Shown: positions 7,511-16,009, counted from the stretch's first letter. The stretch is DNA of 64,000 nt from a virus (IMGVR_UViG_3300036768_000279:1-64000), one strand, 5' to 3'. The notes: a model not told the origin generated them from the sequence alone. Made by a program: numbers and translations.

Positions 7511-7538
7511 TTGCTTCTTGGCCAGTCTAGGCTATAGT
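7511..7538 (+). promoter_or_regulatory. early promoter, leaderless
   Basis: TTGCTT-16-TATAGT-6-ATG. Confidence 0.7.
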
Positions 7539-7544
7539 GGTCGC

Positions 7545-7739
7545 ATGGAGACGACTACAGAAGCTGAACTGGCAGAGTATGTCGCAGAAGCGATGCGAGA
7601 ATATTCTACGCTCGCTCCTCTAGAGGCTACGATCGCTCTTGCTCTTGCAGAAGCTCGTGAGACTATCTTATTTCTCGCTCCTCGCAAGGCACGCACGGCA
7701 GAACGCCGCAAGAATCGAGACGCAAAAGAATCCGAATAA
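7545..7739 (+). CDS. hypothetical protein (true start METTTE)
   Basis: Leaderless start; the longer 7038 ORF in the track crosses regulatory DNA. Confidence 0.6.
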   Translation: METTTEAELAEYVAEAMREYSTLAPLEATIALALAEARETILFLAPRKARTAERRKNRDAKESE

Positions 7740-7812
7740 GTCTAACAGTATCTCGTGAGAATGCCGATACCTTTAGTGCGAGAATTATCTCGCACCTAGC
7801 AGAGAATAGACC

Positions 7813-7971
7813 ATGAAACCCAAGCAAGAAAAGCTTGCCTTGACCAGCATCAACCGTCTCCTCGCGGAACTCTTTTACCAGCATCCCAAGACCGGGAAAA
7901 AGGTTGTCGATCCCGCGAAGATGCGGGCCTTGGCGGCAAGGATTGCCGCCAAGGCAGGGAAGCTATCGTAG
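7813..7971 (+). CDS. small basic protein (52 aa, not in ORF track)
   Basis: MKPKQEKLALTSINRLLAELFYQHPKTGKKVVDPAKMRALAARIAAKAGKLS. Confidence 0.6.
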   Translation: MKPKQEKLALTSINRLLAELFYQHPKTGKKVVDPAKMRALAARIAAKAGKLS

Positions 7972-7996
7972 GCAATTTGCTTTTCTAGAAATCTAC

Positions 7997-8025
7997 TGGA
8001 CAAGGGCGACAGTCTCAGGTATACT
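7997..8025 (+). promoter_or_regulatory. early promoter
   Basis: TGGACA-17-TATACT, followed by a 5' hairpin and AAGGA. Confidence 0.65.
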
Positions 8026-8069
8026 GTTGCGTTCCGATGGTGGAACGTCAATCCAAGGAAACGCCAATC

Positions 8070-8171
8070 ATGCAAAATCTTCGCAGCCTCTCGATACTTC
8101 TGCTTTTCGTCCCCGTCACCGTCATTGTGTGCGTCGTACTCGTGAGGCTTTCGAGTATGCTACCGGCGTGA
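8070..8171 (+). CDS. 33-aa single-TM peptide
   Basis: MQNLRSLSILLLFVPVTVIVCVVLVRLSSMLPA. Confidence 0.55.
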   Translation: MQNLRSLSILLLFVPVTVIVCVVLVRLSSMLPA

Positions 8172-8204
8172 GAGCGAATAGGCAAGTCTTGCCAGGGGCG
8201 ACCA

Positions 8205-8239
8205 GCCTGCCATACTGGCAGGCTGCGGCCATTTTGGCG
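8205..8239. repeat. TGCCA-N3-TGGCA palindromes (pair)
   Basis: GCCTGCCA TAC TGGCAGGC and GGCCA TTT TGGCG. Confidence 0.75.
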
Positions 8240-8338
8240 GGGGGAAGGGGTTTTTTCACCGTGGAAAGACTTTCAACATCCCCGCTGCCGGGGGGGTGGT
8301 TTTTAGCCGGGGTGACGACCTTTCCACAACCTCTCTCC

Positions 8339-10171
8339 TCAGGTGTTTCGCTGTGCGAACACTCGCTCCCCTTCTTGGTTTTCAAGCACCGCTTGGAGCG
8401 TACCGCCCCAGGACTTGTCGGCGTTAGCTTGCAGCCACGCTAGCTTTTGTGGTAGCGTAGCTGCCACAACCCAATTTTGAAGCGACGCTTCAAGCCATCG
8501 CTTGTCTCGCGTAGCAAGGAAGGTCAGTGCAAGCACTTGCGAAACGTGTGCGGCGTCACCACCACCATTACTATGCTCTGTTGTTATCGCAACAGGTACA
8601 TTATCGATGTGAGTCCAAACCCAGTGAGGCGGACCCTTCACGGCTCCATCGGGACTGTATTCTTCTGGTATCGTCGGCATTTCGGGGTTGTCTAACAACG
8701 CAGCACACATACGGCGAAGTTTATTTGCCGGAGAACGTCTCATCTGATTACAAGCGGCGTGAAAGCCGATTGCAATAATCATTTCGTGGAACGTCTGAAT
8801 ACCCTGAATGTTTGGCTCTGGGAATTGAGCAGCATAGTTGCGTCCCACAATGCCATTCGGCATCATGGCCTTGTCGCACATGCTAATCATCTTTCGGAGC
8901 CAACTACCTTGATATCTTCCCATGCGGTGCATCATGGCTCCGAGGTATAGCGACCAACCATAAGCTCGATCGCAGTGCGGCGAGCCTTGATGTGGCCATT
9001 CATTGATGTCGTACAAATACGCTCTAATTGAGGGCGGGGTGTAGTCGTGGTCGTGCTCGATTTCGTCTCCACGATCCGAGAACTGAACAAATCTCATATG
9101 CTGAAAAAGCATTTCAAGATCGTCAGCGATCATCGGATCGTGAGTGTACTCCCAAACTGCGATGCCGTGTTGAATGGCTCGGATATAGTGAGAGATCCAC
9201 ACAGACTTGTACGCCCACACATCCTCGCGGCGGGACGAAGGCCCTGCATTGAACCATGCATATTGGGCGTTGTCCCAGCCGCCAGACAAGAAAATTGGCA
9301 GTTCGTTTTCCCACTGCCACATTCCCTCGCCACGGATTTGGGCGATTTGCTGAGGAGCCGGAAAGTCGGCGGGCTTCATCTGATTGCCATTGCTATCGAA
9401 AATCGCGGCATTCATGCGATCCATCCAACGACTATGCTTCCAGCGGCGGAGCAGAATGTTGCTTCGCGAACGTTCATAGCCGAAGTTTGGATTGATGCCG
9501 TTACCGCCGTGAGCGTATGGCTGCAATTCGCCTGCGGGCTGACGGGGCCCAATACGTGGAGCTTCGGATTCCCAAGAGCCCTGTGGATTTCCACTTTTCC
9601 AAGCCTCTATCCATTGGCGATATTCAGAGGCGGATTGATTTTCATAGTCATGACCCGCTACCGAAGGTAGCGGAAGTTCGCTTGGTCCAAAATTGCCAGC
9701 AAGCGGCTCCCAAGAGTGATCTTCGATGTCACTATACGTTAGTTTGCTCTTTGCAAGCTCAATTAGTTCGGGACGACAAACAGCAAAGCGTGACTCAAAG
9801 ACAGCACGCGGCAAGAAATCGAGAGCTTCGCCTTCGTAGATGACAACTTCGGCACCTACGGTACCATCTTCCATTACTACAACATGCCCCACTGGGGCTG
9901 TCAGTTTGTAGCTCGTATATCGTACGACTCCACGCCAGAAGATGGCATTGTCCGAAATCGCACGATCAAGCGTACCATTGTTTGTACGCAGACCGCACAA
10001 ATGTACGCCGTCAGACGAATCGACGTACAAATGGTTGCCCATCAAGTTTGGCTGACCAGCACGCTGAAAGCGTGCGTGTTGTTTGCCTTCGGCCAGCGGT
10101 AAACTCGCCGAAAAATCGCCGACATCGGCGACACCCATTGACACAGTTAGAGTAGGTCGTCTGCGTTGCAT
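8339..10171 (-). CDS. large hypothetical protein (~610 aa), possibly a carbohydrate-active enzyme
   Basis: Long aromatic-rich ORF with beta-rich N-half and helical C-half; preceded by a late-type motif. Confidence 0.75.
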   Translation of the reverse strand: MQRRRPTLTVSMGVADVGDFSASLPLAEGKQHARFQRAGQPNLMGNHLYVDSSDGVHLCGLRTNNGTLDRAISDNAIFWRGVVRYTSYKLTAPVGHVVVMEDGTVGAEVVIYEGEALDFLPRAVFESRFAVCRPELIELAKSKLTYSDIEDHSWEPLAGNFGPSELPLPSVAGHDYENQSASEYRQWIEAWKSGNPQGSWESEAPRIGPRQPAGELQPYAHGGNGINPNFGYERSRSNILLRRWKHSRWMDRMNAAIFDSNGNQMKPADFPAPQQIAQIRGEGMWQWENELPIFLSGGWDNAQYAWFNAGPSSRREDVWAYKSVWISHYIRAIQHGIAVWEYTHDPMIADDLEMLFQHMRFVQFSDRGDEIEHDHDYTPPSIRAYLYDINEWPHQGSPHCDRAYGWSLYLGAMMHRMGRYQGSWLRKMISMCDKAMMPNGIVGRNYAAQFPEPNIQGIQTFHEMIIAIGFHAACNQMRRSPANKLRRMCAALLDNPEMPTIPEEYSPDGAVKGPPHWVWTHIDNVPVAITTEHSNGGGDAAHVSQVLALTFLATRDKRWLEASLQNWVVAATLPQKLAWLQANADKSWGGTLQAVLENQEGERVFAQRNT

Positions 10172-10183
10172 GATAGCTATCAA

Positions 10184-10191
10184 TACACTAC
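10184..10191 (-). promoter_or_regulatory. late-type motif variant
   Basis: GTAGTGTA-TT on the minus strand, 12 nt before ATG 10171. Confidence 0.5.
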
Positions 10192-10439
10192 AGAGGACGC
10201 CAATATTGCGTTTTGATAAAGTAGTTACGCTGTTCCGGCGAAACCATGGCCTCTAAGGGCTTTTCTAGATGTCCAGGGAAATGATATAAGGCCCTTCCCT
10301 TAACTTCGTTGTACGTGACTGTGAAGCCATCTTGACACTGGTAATGCTCGTCAAATGACTCCGCAACGTTTTTCAGGGCATCCTGCAATTCGTGCGGTTT
10401 CATGCGATAACGCTCTATGATGTCGTTTAGATCAGCCAT
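10188..10439 (-). CDS. hypothetical protein
   Basis: MADLNDIIERY... Confidence 0.65.
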   Translation of the reverse strand: MADLNDIIERYRMKPHELQDALKNVAESFDEHYQCQDGFTVTYNEVKGRALYHFPGHLEKPLEAMVSPEQRNYFIKTQYWRPL

Positions 10440-10500
10440 TTCGCTTTTTTCTTTTTCCAGTGAACACCAACAAAAGATCCAAGGGGTAATAGTCACCAAT

Positions 10501-11001
10501 TCATGTGAGTTTTCTTTGGACGTTTGTTAGTTGACGAATTAATGAAGCGATGCGATGTTTTTTGCGACCAGTGATCACAAGAAACCAAGGAATCCATTTG
10601 TTGTGCTCTTCTGTATGCCAAATACGGAAGAACCAGTCGTGGTCGTGTTTTACAATCTTGCCGGTCTCAGGATCAGACACATAAATATTGTCATCGTCAT
10701 ATCCTACGACAACGACATAGTGACCGCCCTCAGGAGTCAGAATATGCACGATCGGCAAACGATGCCGGTCAATCTCTTTCTTGAGCTTCTTGAAATTACC
10801 AGCACTACTTTCCTTGAAAGTGAAGCCAAGGGTCTTGAGGCCGTCAAAGTCGCTTGTGCCGTTTCTGTTCGTGGCGAGGACTACAGACAATTCTGTGTCT
10901 GTAAGATCGAGTCCGAACTGGTAGTACAAGACCGTACGAACAGCAGCCGGACCACAAGTCCAGCGTTGTTGTTGTCGAAACGGCTTGACATCCAGAATCA
11001 T
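10501..11001 (-). CDS. C39-family cysteine peptidase
   Basis: QQQRWTCGPAA, GHYVVVVGYDDDNIYVSDP catalytic Cys/His/Asp. Confidence 0.9.
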   Translation of the reverse strand: MILDVKPFRQQQRWTCGPAAVRTVLYYQFGLDLTDTELSVVLATNRNGTSDFDGLKTLGFTFKESSAGNFKKLKKEIDRHRLPIVHILTPEGGHYVVVVGYDDDNIYVSDPETGKIVKHDHDWFFRIWHTEEHNKWIPWFLVITGRKKHRIASLIRQLTNVQRKLT

Positions 11002-11147
11002 TTCAGCAACTCACATCTTCCTCTTTTGATCACTTCATCGAGTCTTAGCACAAGTTCGATGATTAAAGTATAGCGATGCCCTCGTTTTGCTGATTACACT
11101 CAGGGCGGTCATTGTCCAGTCCTTTTCAGGACCATCCCCTGGGATCA

Positions 11148-11300
11148 TTAAGATGTTGTGACAACAATATGTAGCATGTCTCCGTGCGTACGCGAGTGTT
11201 CGCGTCCAATCACTTGACAGCGTTGACCTTTGTATGTCACGTACTGTCCGCCAGTGCTAGCACATGACGCTAGTAGAAGAGCAAGAACGAAGTATTTCAT
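11148..11300 (-). CDS. small lipoprotein
   Basis: MKYFVLALLLASC lipobox; ATGA coupling. Confidence 0.65.
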   Translation of the reverse strand: MKYFVLALLLASCASTGGQYVTYKGQRCQVIGREHSRTHGDMLHIVVTTS

Positions 11301-11788
11301 TGTACGAATCCGGGGGTCCAAATTTCCATGTTGTAGTGACACGTTACAGGAACGGGCGAACTAACCCTTACATGGAATCCATTGTCATAAACCCCAACCG
11401 GCAGATTTAACACAACCAGTTCGCCAGGATCGCCGATAAAATGAGCCACCATATCCGATGTCTCGTTTTCAAGATCTTGTGCGAAAATAAAAACCTCAAT
11501 TGGGGCGTGATTTGTGCTGTTGATGACCATCGACACAATCTCGCTGGACGGAGCGAAAAAGTGATACCAGTCTTGATCGTTGACCGTACCAATGTCGCCA
11601 TTCACAAACAAATGATCTGGCGGCGTGAATACAGAAACAAAACTAGCCGTATCGATTGAGTCGTTCGGCTCTAGATCAAAAACGGGCGGAGGCGGCGGCG
11701 GAGGTCCGTCACCATGACCACCTTCATGCGGAATAGCACGAGGCCCGCAACTAGCAAGCAGCATAGCAATCAAAGCAAATTGCTTCAT
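11297..11788 (-). CDS. lipoprotein with Pro linker and pre-peptidase C-terminal (PPC)-like beta domain
   Basis: LLASC lipobox, poly-Pro, EPNDSIDTA...DQDWYHF. Confidence 0.75.
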   Translation of the reverse strand: MKQFALIAMLLASCGPRAIPHEGGHGDGPPPPPPPVFDLEPNDSIDTASFVSVFTPPDHLFVNGDIGTVNDQDWYHFFAPSSEIVSMVINSTNHAPIEVFIFAQDLENETSDMVAHFIGDPGELVVLNLPVGVYDNGFHVRVSSPVPVTCHYNMEIWTPGFVQ

Positions 11789-11880
11789 TGTGGATATACC
11801 TTGTCGATGTCATTATTCACGAACACGAAATGGGCAACCGTCTGACTTACGGTTACAACGACAACGAAGATGATGTTGAG

Positions 11881-11909
11881 AGTTTACTATGTGATGTCGG
11901 TCTTGTCAA
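11881..11909 (-). promoter_or_regulatory. sigma70-type promoter
   Basis: TTGACA-17-TAAACT. Confidence 0.7.
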
Positions 11910-12805
11910 GCGATTTCCTTGCCGATACGTTCGACAAGCCAATCGTCCCAGAAAGTACGATCCACCGTTTTGGGCAGATCTGAATTTTCTGCCAGAATCT
12001 CAACTTCCTTGAGAATTTCGTCTAGCAGAGTTTGCACTAGTTCCAAACTTGTGTCACCACGCTTGATCGCAAGCAACATATCTGCCTTTTCAAGCGGGAA
12101 TTTGATTTCGCGAGTGAGTAGCAACTCGCGAAGTTCAAGTGATACGCGAACGGCATGGCTCATCGCTTTCCAGTCCACGCCAGCTTTACTGGCGTTGGCA
12201 CGCTTGCCATACCCATCAATGATCCGCTGTACGCTTTCGCGTACATAGCGGATCTGTGTCGTAGCCCCAAACCACTTTCCAGCGATTTGGACTTCTTGAA
12301 CGCCATGCACATTGATACGCTGATCATCTCGCGGTAGTTTATCAGCCACCGCAGACAATAGCTCGTCGCCATGGGCGGACTCTAGGACGCCCAGGAACGC
12401 CTCAAGGTTGGATCGACGTTCGCCCTTTAGGCTGTACTTGGCAGCCTGACCACGAGCGTAGCCAATGAAGGCGTTCATACGCTTAGATAGAAACTTATGC
12501 CGTAAGGCATGAAGCTGATCCCAGATGTATCCAGCCTCACCACGTTCCACCTGCCACTCTGGCGTCCAGAGCATATCGAATGCCACCGTTTGACCTTCGC
12601 ACGCAAGTTTCACGAAATGGTGAAGAGAGTACAACTCATAATCATCTTCTTTTCCAGCTTCCTGCTCTTTGTTTGTGCGTGGGATGCGACCCAACAAAAC
12701 GTCACGCTTTGATGGAATGAATATTCCACGCACATCAATGTCAGACGTTGGCGTTGCCGTCCCATATAGGTGGCTACCAAAGCGAGTCTTGCAGATGATC
12801 TTCAT
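11906..12805 (-). CDS. Pol-beta superfamily nucleotidyltransferase (phage Nuc-transf/RlaP-like)
   Basis: FGSHLYGTATPTSDIDVRGIFIP, DWKAMSHAVR, LLAIKRG. Confidence 0.9.
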   Translation of the reverse strand: MKIICKTRFGSHLYGTATPTSDIDVRGIFIPSKRDVLLGRIPRTNKEQEAGKEDDYELYSLHHFVKLACEGQTVAFDMLWTPEWQVERGEAGYIWDQLHALRHKFLSKRMNAFIGYARGQAAKYSLKGERRSNLEAFLGVLESAHGDELLSAVADKLPRDDQRINVHGVQEVQIAGKWFGATTQIRYVRESVQRIIDGYGKRANASKAGVDWKAMSHAVRVSLELRELLLTREIKFPLEKADMLLAIKRGDTSLELVQTLLDEILKEVEILAENSDLPKTVDRTFWDDWLVERIGKEIA

Positions 12806-12952
12806 GAATCGAATGTCGTATTCAGCATTCCATCACAGTCTTAATATCGTCAAGCACGCTTGACCGTGATAGAACATGATTATCGAGCCGTGAATGATTT
12901 GCTTGAGTAGTGTTCGACATGACAAATGATCTCGGGCTTGAGCCAAATGTCA

Positions 12953-13525
12953 TCAGAATGAGTACCCCACGGTCAACATGAATAGATTGCTGTCGGTAGG
13001 CGGATCATTGATCCAAATCTCTTGATCTTCGCCCCAGAAGCTACGGCGATACATGACGCCGCAAGTATAGTGCTCATTGACCAGATAGTTCAGGCCCGCC
13101 TGAGCGTAAGGTGAATAAGCTACGCTGTGATCTGACGGCGTGCCTGCATACGTAAGATCAGCACTAGTTTCGAGCATAGTGGCGGACATACCACCACTAA
13201 CATACGCCTGGAACGAAGTTCCAAGCATGAAGTTCTTGCGGATGCCCAGCGACAATTCGTCGATATAGGACTTCGTGTAATACACGGGTCGATTCACGTA
13301 ACGTCCGTCACGCGAAGTATCGTCGCTGTGTATCAGAGCGATCTCGGGGCCGAATCCGTTCGGTTCCGCAAAACTTGCCTGAATGCCAACGGCAGCCTGT
13401 TGATCGGTTTGTTCCCACGAATCGCGGCCATCAAAGTCGCGGAGTCCTGCCATGAGGTCAACGTGCGGCTTCGCGGCACTACAAGCACTGCAAAGAAGAA
13501 CGAGAGAAGCGAGAAGAAGTTTCAT
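12953..13525 (-). CDS. outer-membrane beta-barrel protein
   Basis: Signal/lipobox (LCSAC), alternating amphipathic strands, C-terminal TVGYSF beta-signal. Confidence 0.8.
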   Translation of the reverse strand: MKLLLASLVLLCSACSAAKPHVDLMAGLRDFDGRDSWEQTDQQAAVGIQASFAEPNGFGPEIALIHSDDTSRDGRYVNRPVYYTKSYIDELSLGIRKNFMLGTSFQAYVSGGMSATMLETSADLTYAGTPSDHSVAYSPYAQAGLNYLVNEHYTCGVMYRRSFWGEDQEIWINDPPTDSNLFMLTVGYSF

Positions 13526-13768
13526 ATGATGTCGTCAGAATTGAAGATATTTACGGGCTTTCCCGCCTTGCGGACGAATCCCACGGTATGAGCGTACCTA
13601 ACTTCCACACACCCGTCAAGGCGATTTCGCAAATGTTCTTGGCCGCTTTGTGGCCATAACCTTGAAAAGACTGAAAATGCCGTTCGCACCACCCGAGTAG
13701 ATGGTGATATCGCCGTGCGTGGCCCGGAGCTTATGAGGTCTGCGTCCGGTCGCGGAGAAGTGTCGCAT
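13522..13768 (-). pseudogene. eroded SLOG/YspA-like gene
   Basis: ATGRRPHKL, YSGGANG and, in another frame, AHTVGFVRKAGKPVNIF: conserved SLOG blocks with intervening sequence missing. Confidence 0.55.
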
Positions 13769-13814
13769 ATAACATTCCTAGCATAGGATTTTGATACTCA
13801 TTGATTGTGTCCGC

Positions 13815-14012
13815 CTAATCTTTCAGCGACATTGTACGAGTTTCGTATTCTTCGTCGCTAGACTTCTGAAACGTGTCATCGCATAGATTTGCAGCGGCGT
13901 CTTTAGCCTCTTCTCCGCCAATGTAGTCAAGATACTTTTCTGCCATCTCTCTCGATTCGTAGATGCCAAGAATCTCGTTATACTCGACACCACTATTGCA
14001 CAGAATATACAA
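13815..14012 (-). CDS. hypothetical protein
   Basis: ILGIYESREMAEKY motif common in small phage proteins. Confidence 0.6.
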   Translation of the reverse strand: MYILCNSGVEYNEILGIYESREMAEKYLDYIGGEEAKDAAANLCDDTFQKSSDEEYETRTMSLKD

Positions 14013-14014
14013 TT

Positions 14015-14473
14015 TTATAGTTTTTCCACTTGAATACCAGCCTTGCGTAGAAGGTCTGGCCCATCCGAAAGACGGTATTCCTCTTCGTAGACAACACGCT
14101 TAATACCAGCTTGAATAATGAGCTTGCTGCAATCAAAGCAAGGCGAGCACGTCACGTAGAGCGTCGCCCCTAGCGAACTATTGGTTGATTTGGCAACCTT
14201 TGCGATAGCGTTGGATTCGGCATGAAGCACTTCGGGTTTAGTGATAAGTAACTTGACTGGATTCATTTCCTGATCAAGCATACTTACACATTGTTCTTCA
14301 ACAACCTCGCATACATTATCGAAGCCCGAAGGCGTACCATTGTATCCCTCAGCAATGATACCCTGTTGCGATACTAGTATCGCACCAACCTTCTTACGCT
14401 CCGCCTGTGAAAGTCCTGCGATTGCGTTAGCACATCGCATGTACGCTTCATCCAGTTTTCTTTGTGTCGCCAT
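14015..14473 (-). CDS. dCMP deaminase
   Basis: KVGAILV, GYNGTPSG, HAESNAI, PCFDC; start at MATQRK. Confidence 0.95.
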   Translation of the reverse strand: MATQRKLDEAYMRCANAIAGLSQAERKKVGAILVSQQGIIAEGYNGTPSGFDNVCEVVEEQCVSMLDQEMNPVKLLITKPEVLHAESNAIAKVAKSTNSSLGATLYVTCSPCFDCSKLIIQAGIKRVVYEEEYRLSDGPDLLRKAGIQVEKL

Positions 14474-14945
14474 TGAATTTGACAACTGCTTGAATAGTGC
14501 TTTGTGAAAGTTGCTCGAAGATTTTTGGCGGGGTGATGTGTTTTGGTGTCCCGTACATGACATGAAGATCAGTTGCCACATCTTGTATAAGCTTACTAGC
14601 CATCTGCATGTACATAGAAGCTTGCTTCATCTTCATGATACATCGTAGATACTCTAGCTTGAATTTGGCGTCTTTGAACGACTGCTCTAGACCGCCTTTG
14701 ACTTCTCGCATCTGACGACGAGTAAATGTTGCTGACGGCTCGTCTGACATCATGTACTCACCGTGACCGCAGGCTGGATTTCTGTAAACATCCATTGCTT
14801 TGTCGAAATCGTCAGCTTCAATTGCAACGCCACTGAATTGCATTACTCCAGGATCAAACTCATGTGCCGCAAAATGTTCAATGGCGTCCTCCTCGACGAA
14901 TTCGTATTCGTCTTTGGCGGACGTATAGACAAAGAATTTCACCAT
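14448..14945 (-). CDS. hypothetical protein
   Basis: 165-aa ORF in operon context. Confidence 0.7.
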   Translation of the reverse strand: MVKFFVYTSAKDEYEFVEEDAIEHFAAHEFDPGVMQFSGVAIEADDFDKAMDVYRNPACGHGEYMMSDEPSATFTRRQMREVKGGLEQSFKDAKFKLEYLRCIMKMKQASMYMQMASKLIQDVATDLHVMYGTPKHITPPKIFEQLSQSTIQAVVKFNGDTKKTG

Positions 14946-15139
14946 GGCATCAAAACGATTGGAATGTGAGTGACTGGATTGTCAAGAATAATCATAGGAA
15001 GCTTGGCCATCACGGGTGGTAACGGCTTTTCTTCAATAATCGGGGGTACATCGCCCTGTGGACGATCAGATGGAGTAATGACGGGAACGTGTGCCATTAC
15101 AGTTCCAGCAATGAGTGTGGCAACCAAAAATCTCTTCAT
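14939..15139 (-). CDS. small secreted Pro-rich protein
   Basis: Signal peptide MKRFLVATLIAGTVMA; ATGA coupling. Confidence 0.6.
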   Translation of the reverse strand: MKRFLVATLIAGTVMAHVPVITPSDRPQGDVPPIIEEKPLPPVMAKLPMIILDNPVTHIPIVLMPW

Positions 15140-15426
15140 GATAATCCTCCTAACTTAACAAGAACAGTGAGCAATTCGTGTAAGCGAATTTCAATCTCAT
15201 TCTGTTCAATTGGATGAAGCTTTTGTGTCGCGAGACGCTTTACGTGTTCGGCGGCCATATCGTCAATCACCTTGATGGCAGCGTTGAGTTCGTGCTGCTC
15301 GTTCCATCCGCTCAGAAGCGATGAAACAAGCCGCAAAGCTAGACCAATCTCGGGTCTAGTCTTGGTCAATATACCAATGCCAGCCTGCAAGGCCGGATTG
15401 GATAAAACGTCATTGAGTGTGCTCAT
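15136..15426 (-). CDS. hypothetical protein
   Basis: MSTLNDVLSNP... Confidence 0.65.
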   Translation of the reverse strand: MSTLNDVLSNPALQAGIGILTKTRPEIGLALRLVSSLLSGWNEQHELNAAIKVIDDMAAEHVKRLATQKLHPIEQNEIEIRLHELLTVLVKLGGLS

Positions 15427-16009
15427 ACCATTTCCAGTCTGGTTGATTCGACAACCCAAGACGCTGCAATTCCTTCTTGCCAAGCTGACGCACCTTGCGA
15501 GTTTCACGCCTGGGAAAATAACGCTTCACCTTCTTGCGGAGCAAGAAATCGAATTCTTCGCGGCACTCCGTGATGTATTCGTCACGTGCCCCAAACCAGC
15601 AGCCATTGATGCGAACATACGGATTACCGTTGACCGCATACTCGTCTGGATTCTGTTGACTCTTCCAATACGACTTGCGACGTACATTCTCACTTCCCCA
15701 ACGATGAAGAATGCCCTTCGAATCGTAGTAGAAGTCACGCCACCCACCATCCCAGCAGCGAGCCTGACGAGCATCGGCAACAGCACAGATTTCAGAGTAA
15801 ACCTTCGCCCAAGGGCGACCAACATTGCTCTTCAAGAAGTTGAAAAGCGGATTCAGATGGTCGCGAGGACCATCATTCCAGCCATAGGATGGATCCTTCA
15901 TCTTGGCAGGCTCAGGGTCCCAATCACGTTCCTTCGTTTTCGTGCTATGGCTATGGTCTTTGGGGCGGCTGTGCCCCTTCACAATCAATTTCGCCATGTC
16001 GTTATGCAT
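15410..16009 (-). CDS. hypothetical basic protein
   Basis: DHLNPLFNFLKSNVGRPWAKVYSEIC...RQLGKKELQRLGL. Confidence 0.75.
   Translation of the reverse strand: MHNDMAKLIVKGHSRPKDHSHSTKTKERDWDPEPAKMKDPSYGWNDGPRDHLNPLFNFLKSNVGRPWAKVYSEICAVADARQARCWDGGWRDFYYDSKGILHRWGSENVRRKSYWKSQQNPDEYAVNGNPYVRINGCWFGARDEYITECREEFDFLLRKKVKRYFPRRETRKVRQLGKKELQRLGLSNQPDWKWYEHTQ

Noticed and set aside
7038-7544. N-terminal extension of the 233-aa ORF in the track
   Set aside because: It crosses a terminator-like hairpin, palindromes and two promoters; the real start is 7545
823-8239. CRISPR array or integron attC interpretation of the early-region repeats
   Set aside because: Repeats are short, dispersed and irregularly spaced, with no constant-length spacers; no cas or integrase gene and no attC-like ends
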